A stretch of DNA of 64,000 bases, from assembly GCF_021869535.1 (NCBI RefSeq), contig NW_026262745.1, positions 36,394,001 to 36,458,000 on the forward strand, read 5' to 3'. Position numbers and translations under genes: made by a program. Positions 61,999 through 64,000 of the stretch are shown piece after piece. The notes beneath the pieces are model-generated. The model did not search any database. It was not told the origin of the DNA and was given only the letters and a program-made list of their open reading frames with translations. Within the stretch, counting starts at the first letter, position 1; every line of letters starts with the position of its first letter. This DNA is from Mytilus californianus. Taxonomy: Eukaryota.

Positions 61999-64000
61999 TG
62001 TTTACTTAACTTACATATTTGAGCTTTATAACAAAAATCATAGATTCTCATCTGGTTCTTTTTGAATCGGGGTGAATTTTATATTAATGTTTTGTGAAAA
62101 ACAAATTAAGCTAATAATAGAAAGAAGTCAAAATGCGACTGTTTTGGGTCTGAAAATCTGGGCTATAGGAGGTAGTTTGGACGATCTTAAATTGTTTTAT
62201 TATCATTTTAAGGACTTCCAACATTCCTTGCTGTGGGAAACAGCAGAATTAATTTTATAGAAGATTTTAAGACTGCAATGGAATTCTGCTGAAAGCTTGA
62301 TGATTACTATTGTTTTTGAAACATCAATACAGAACTAAATCAAAGGTTCATTAATACTCAAGAATTTCTTGTTGAACATGGTCTGATAAAACTTGGGTTT
62401 GAAATAATTTAGACTAGCAAATCAGTTTAACAATCTGGAGATTTCCCCAAAAAATTCTTTGCTATCAGATTCTCAAGGCAAACATAGATCTATCTGGATC
62501 AGGTATAATCTACTTACAAAGGGAAACGTAATCCAGTTCAGATAATGAAAGTCATCCTTTGTAAATAGAAGGGATTTCATTTATTACTTACACCTTGCAA
62601 CAGGAAAAGCGAAAGGTGTAAGATAAATAAATATATGTATTTACCTAATTAAGTGTGTTGAAATAAAGTAAAAAGGATATTTTGTATTAAGGTTTTTTTT
62701 AAGGATGTAAATATTGAATCTGTTGACAATTGCATAATGTTGACATAAAAATAAGGAGATGTGGTATGATTGCCAATGAGACAACCATCCACCAAAGATT
62801 TATGCTGGGTTTTTTTCTGCCTGTATTTTAGTTTGACATCCATGAAGCTGGTTGTTGTATTATTCTGATTTGATTTTTTGGACTGTTATTTGTGTGTCTC
62901 TGACTATTTTATTTCTACATTTATTTGTTCATATTTGTTATACCATATAAAATGTTGGAAGTTTGGCTCTTGATATAATAGCAGATTTTCTATCCTATAC
63001 ATTTACAACAATCTGTGACACAATAGTTGAACTTTGAATATTCAATCAAATGATTTGAAACATTTTTTTCTTTCTGTCCAAATAGCTTGTAGTATATGGT
63101 TCAAACTTATATTTCAAGTTAATTTTTTGTAGTATACTGTACATAGATAAAGAAAAATAATTACTGTTCTTTATTTTGAGAGAGAATTCTTAGTTTTTAG
63201 TGATTTTCAACTAAATAAGTTCTTGACTGAATTTAAAAAAAAATTATTTTCAAGATAGGTGTGAATCTTTTCCTTTATTTTATATTTGCCATCAGTTAAG
63301 ATTTAAATTTGCCACTATCTATATAACTCATTGTGTATTACTATAATCATTGTTTTTACAACAATAATTGTGAAGCCAAAAAGATGGCCTTGGTCTAGTC
63401 ATGGCTTGTGCCTACCTACCTGAGTATAGGTTCTTTCTTTTGTCACTTTTGCCCTTTGATGTTACACATACCTGTAATTAGCTTGATTAGTGTTTTTATG
63501 GCAATGATAGAAGTGTGTCCATCATAAAATCATTATAGAATAACTGTAAAAGTTTGTCTGGACAAAGATTAAAAAATTGTCCTTAATTTTGTAAAGCTGC
63601 AATCATTTGTACAGTTTTTCCAATAAAAAGCAATCATTGTCTTTTTTATAAGATTGGTTTTAATTAGGTGTTAAAAAAAGATAGAAAAAGTGTTAAATTG
63701 AAATAGAGACCTATCAACAGGACACCATCCCTTGTCTAGTCATAGCTTGCTAAATGTTATTGTCTCATTTGAGAGTCCTAAGCACTTTACAATTTTAAAA
63801 AGATTTTACCAGAGCATTCAAAAAAAATCTTACATTTAATGCAGTTTTGGACCAAATTTAATTCTTTACACAATCATGAAAATGTTTTGTAAAATTTGAT
63901 AGTTAGAGAGTGTTTAAAATTGAATTTTAACATTGTTTTCACTCTGTTCAAATGGGATACAAAAAGGTCTATTTATTTACCAAACAAATGTCAAGATGAA

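Noticed and set aside
52808-62260. Possible further exons (for example 56199, 58400, 60401) and the 60-78 aa ORFs
   Set aside because: Acceptor-like sites lack matching donors or hit stops in the required phase; the AT-rich ORFs have no recognisable motifs.

Overview
AT-rich eukaryotic genomic DNA with spliceosomal introns and a 146-N scaffold gap. The repeat content suggests a bivalve mollusc, probably a Mytilus-like mussel (inference). The only confidently identified host gene is the 3' part of a GRHPR-type glyoxylate/hydroxypyruvate reductase (exons 2040-2210 and 4783-5381, +). Two small in-frame exons (19233-19269, 25302-25405) suggest a second gene with long introns. The rest is transposon-derived: a decayed Ngaro-like DIRS retroelement at about 44.2-47.5 kb carrying nested insertions, four Helentron-type HINEs, hAT-, Mutator-like and TA-target MITEs, SINEs, and Penelope-like element (PLE) fragments. 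The main result is the 5'-truncated PLE at 29464-30417. Its RT frame ends with no C-terminal GIY-YIG (Naiad-like). Its 3' UTR holds a canonical-looking SECIS followed by a predicted circularly permuted (type-P5) twister ribozyme. This fold recurs in at least five other repeat copies from two families and shows compensatory changes, while its P1 region is replaced by two palindromes. A second result is three 22-36 bp palindromic insertions flanked by 7-bp target-site duplications (two perfect, one 6/7). All calls were made by eye; no database search or folding computation was run.
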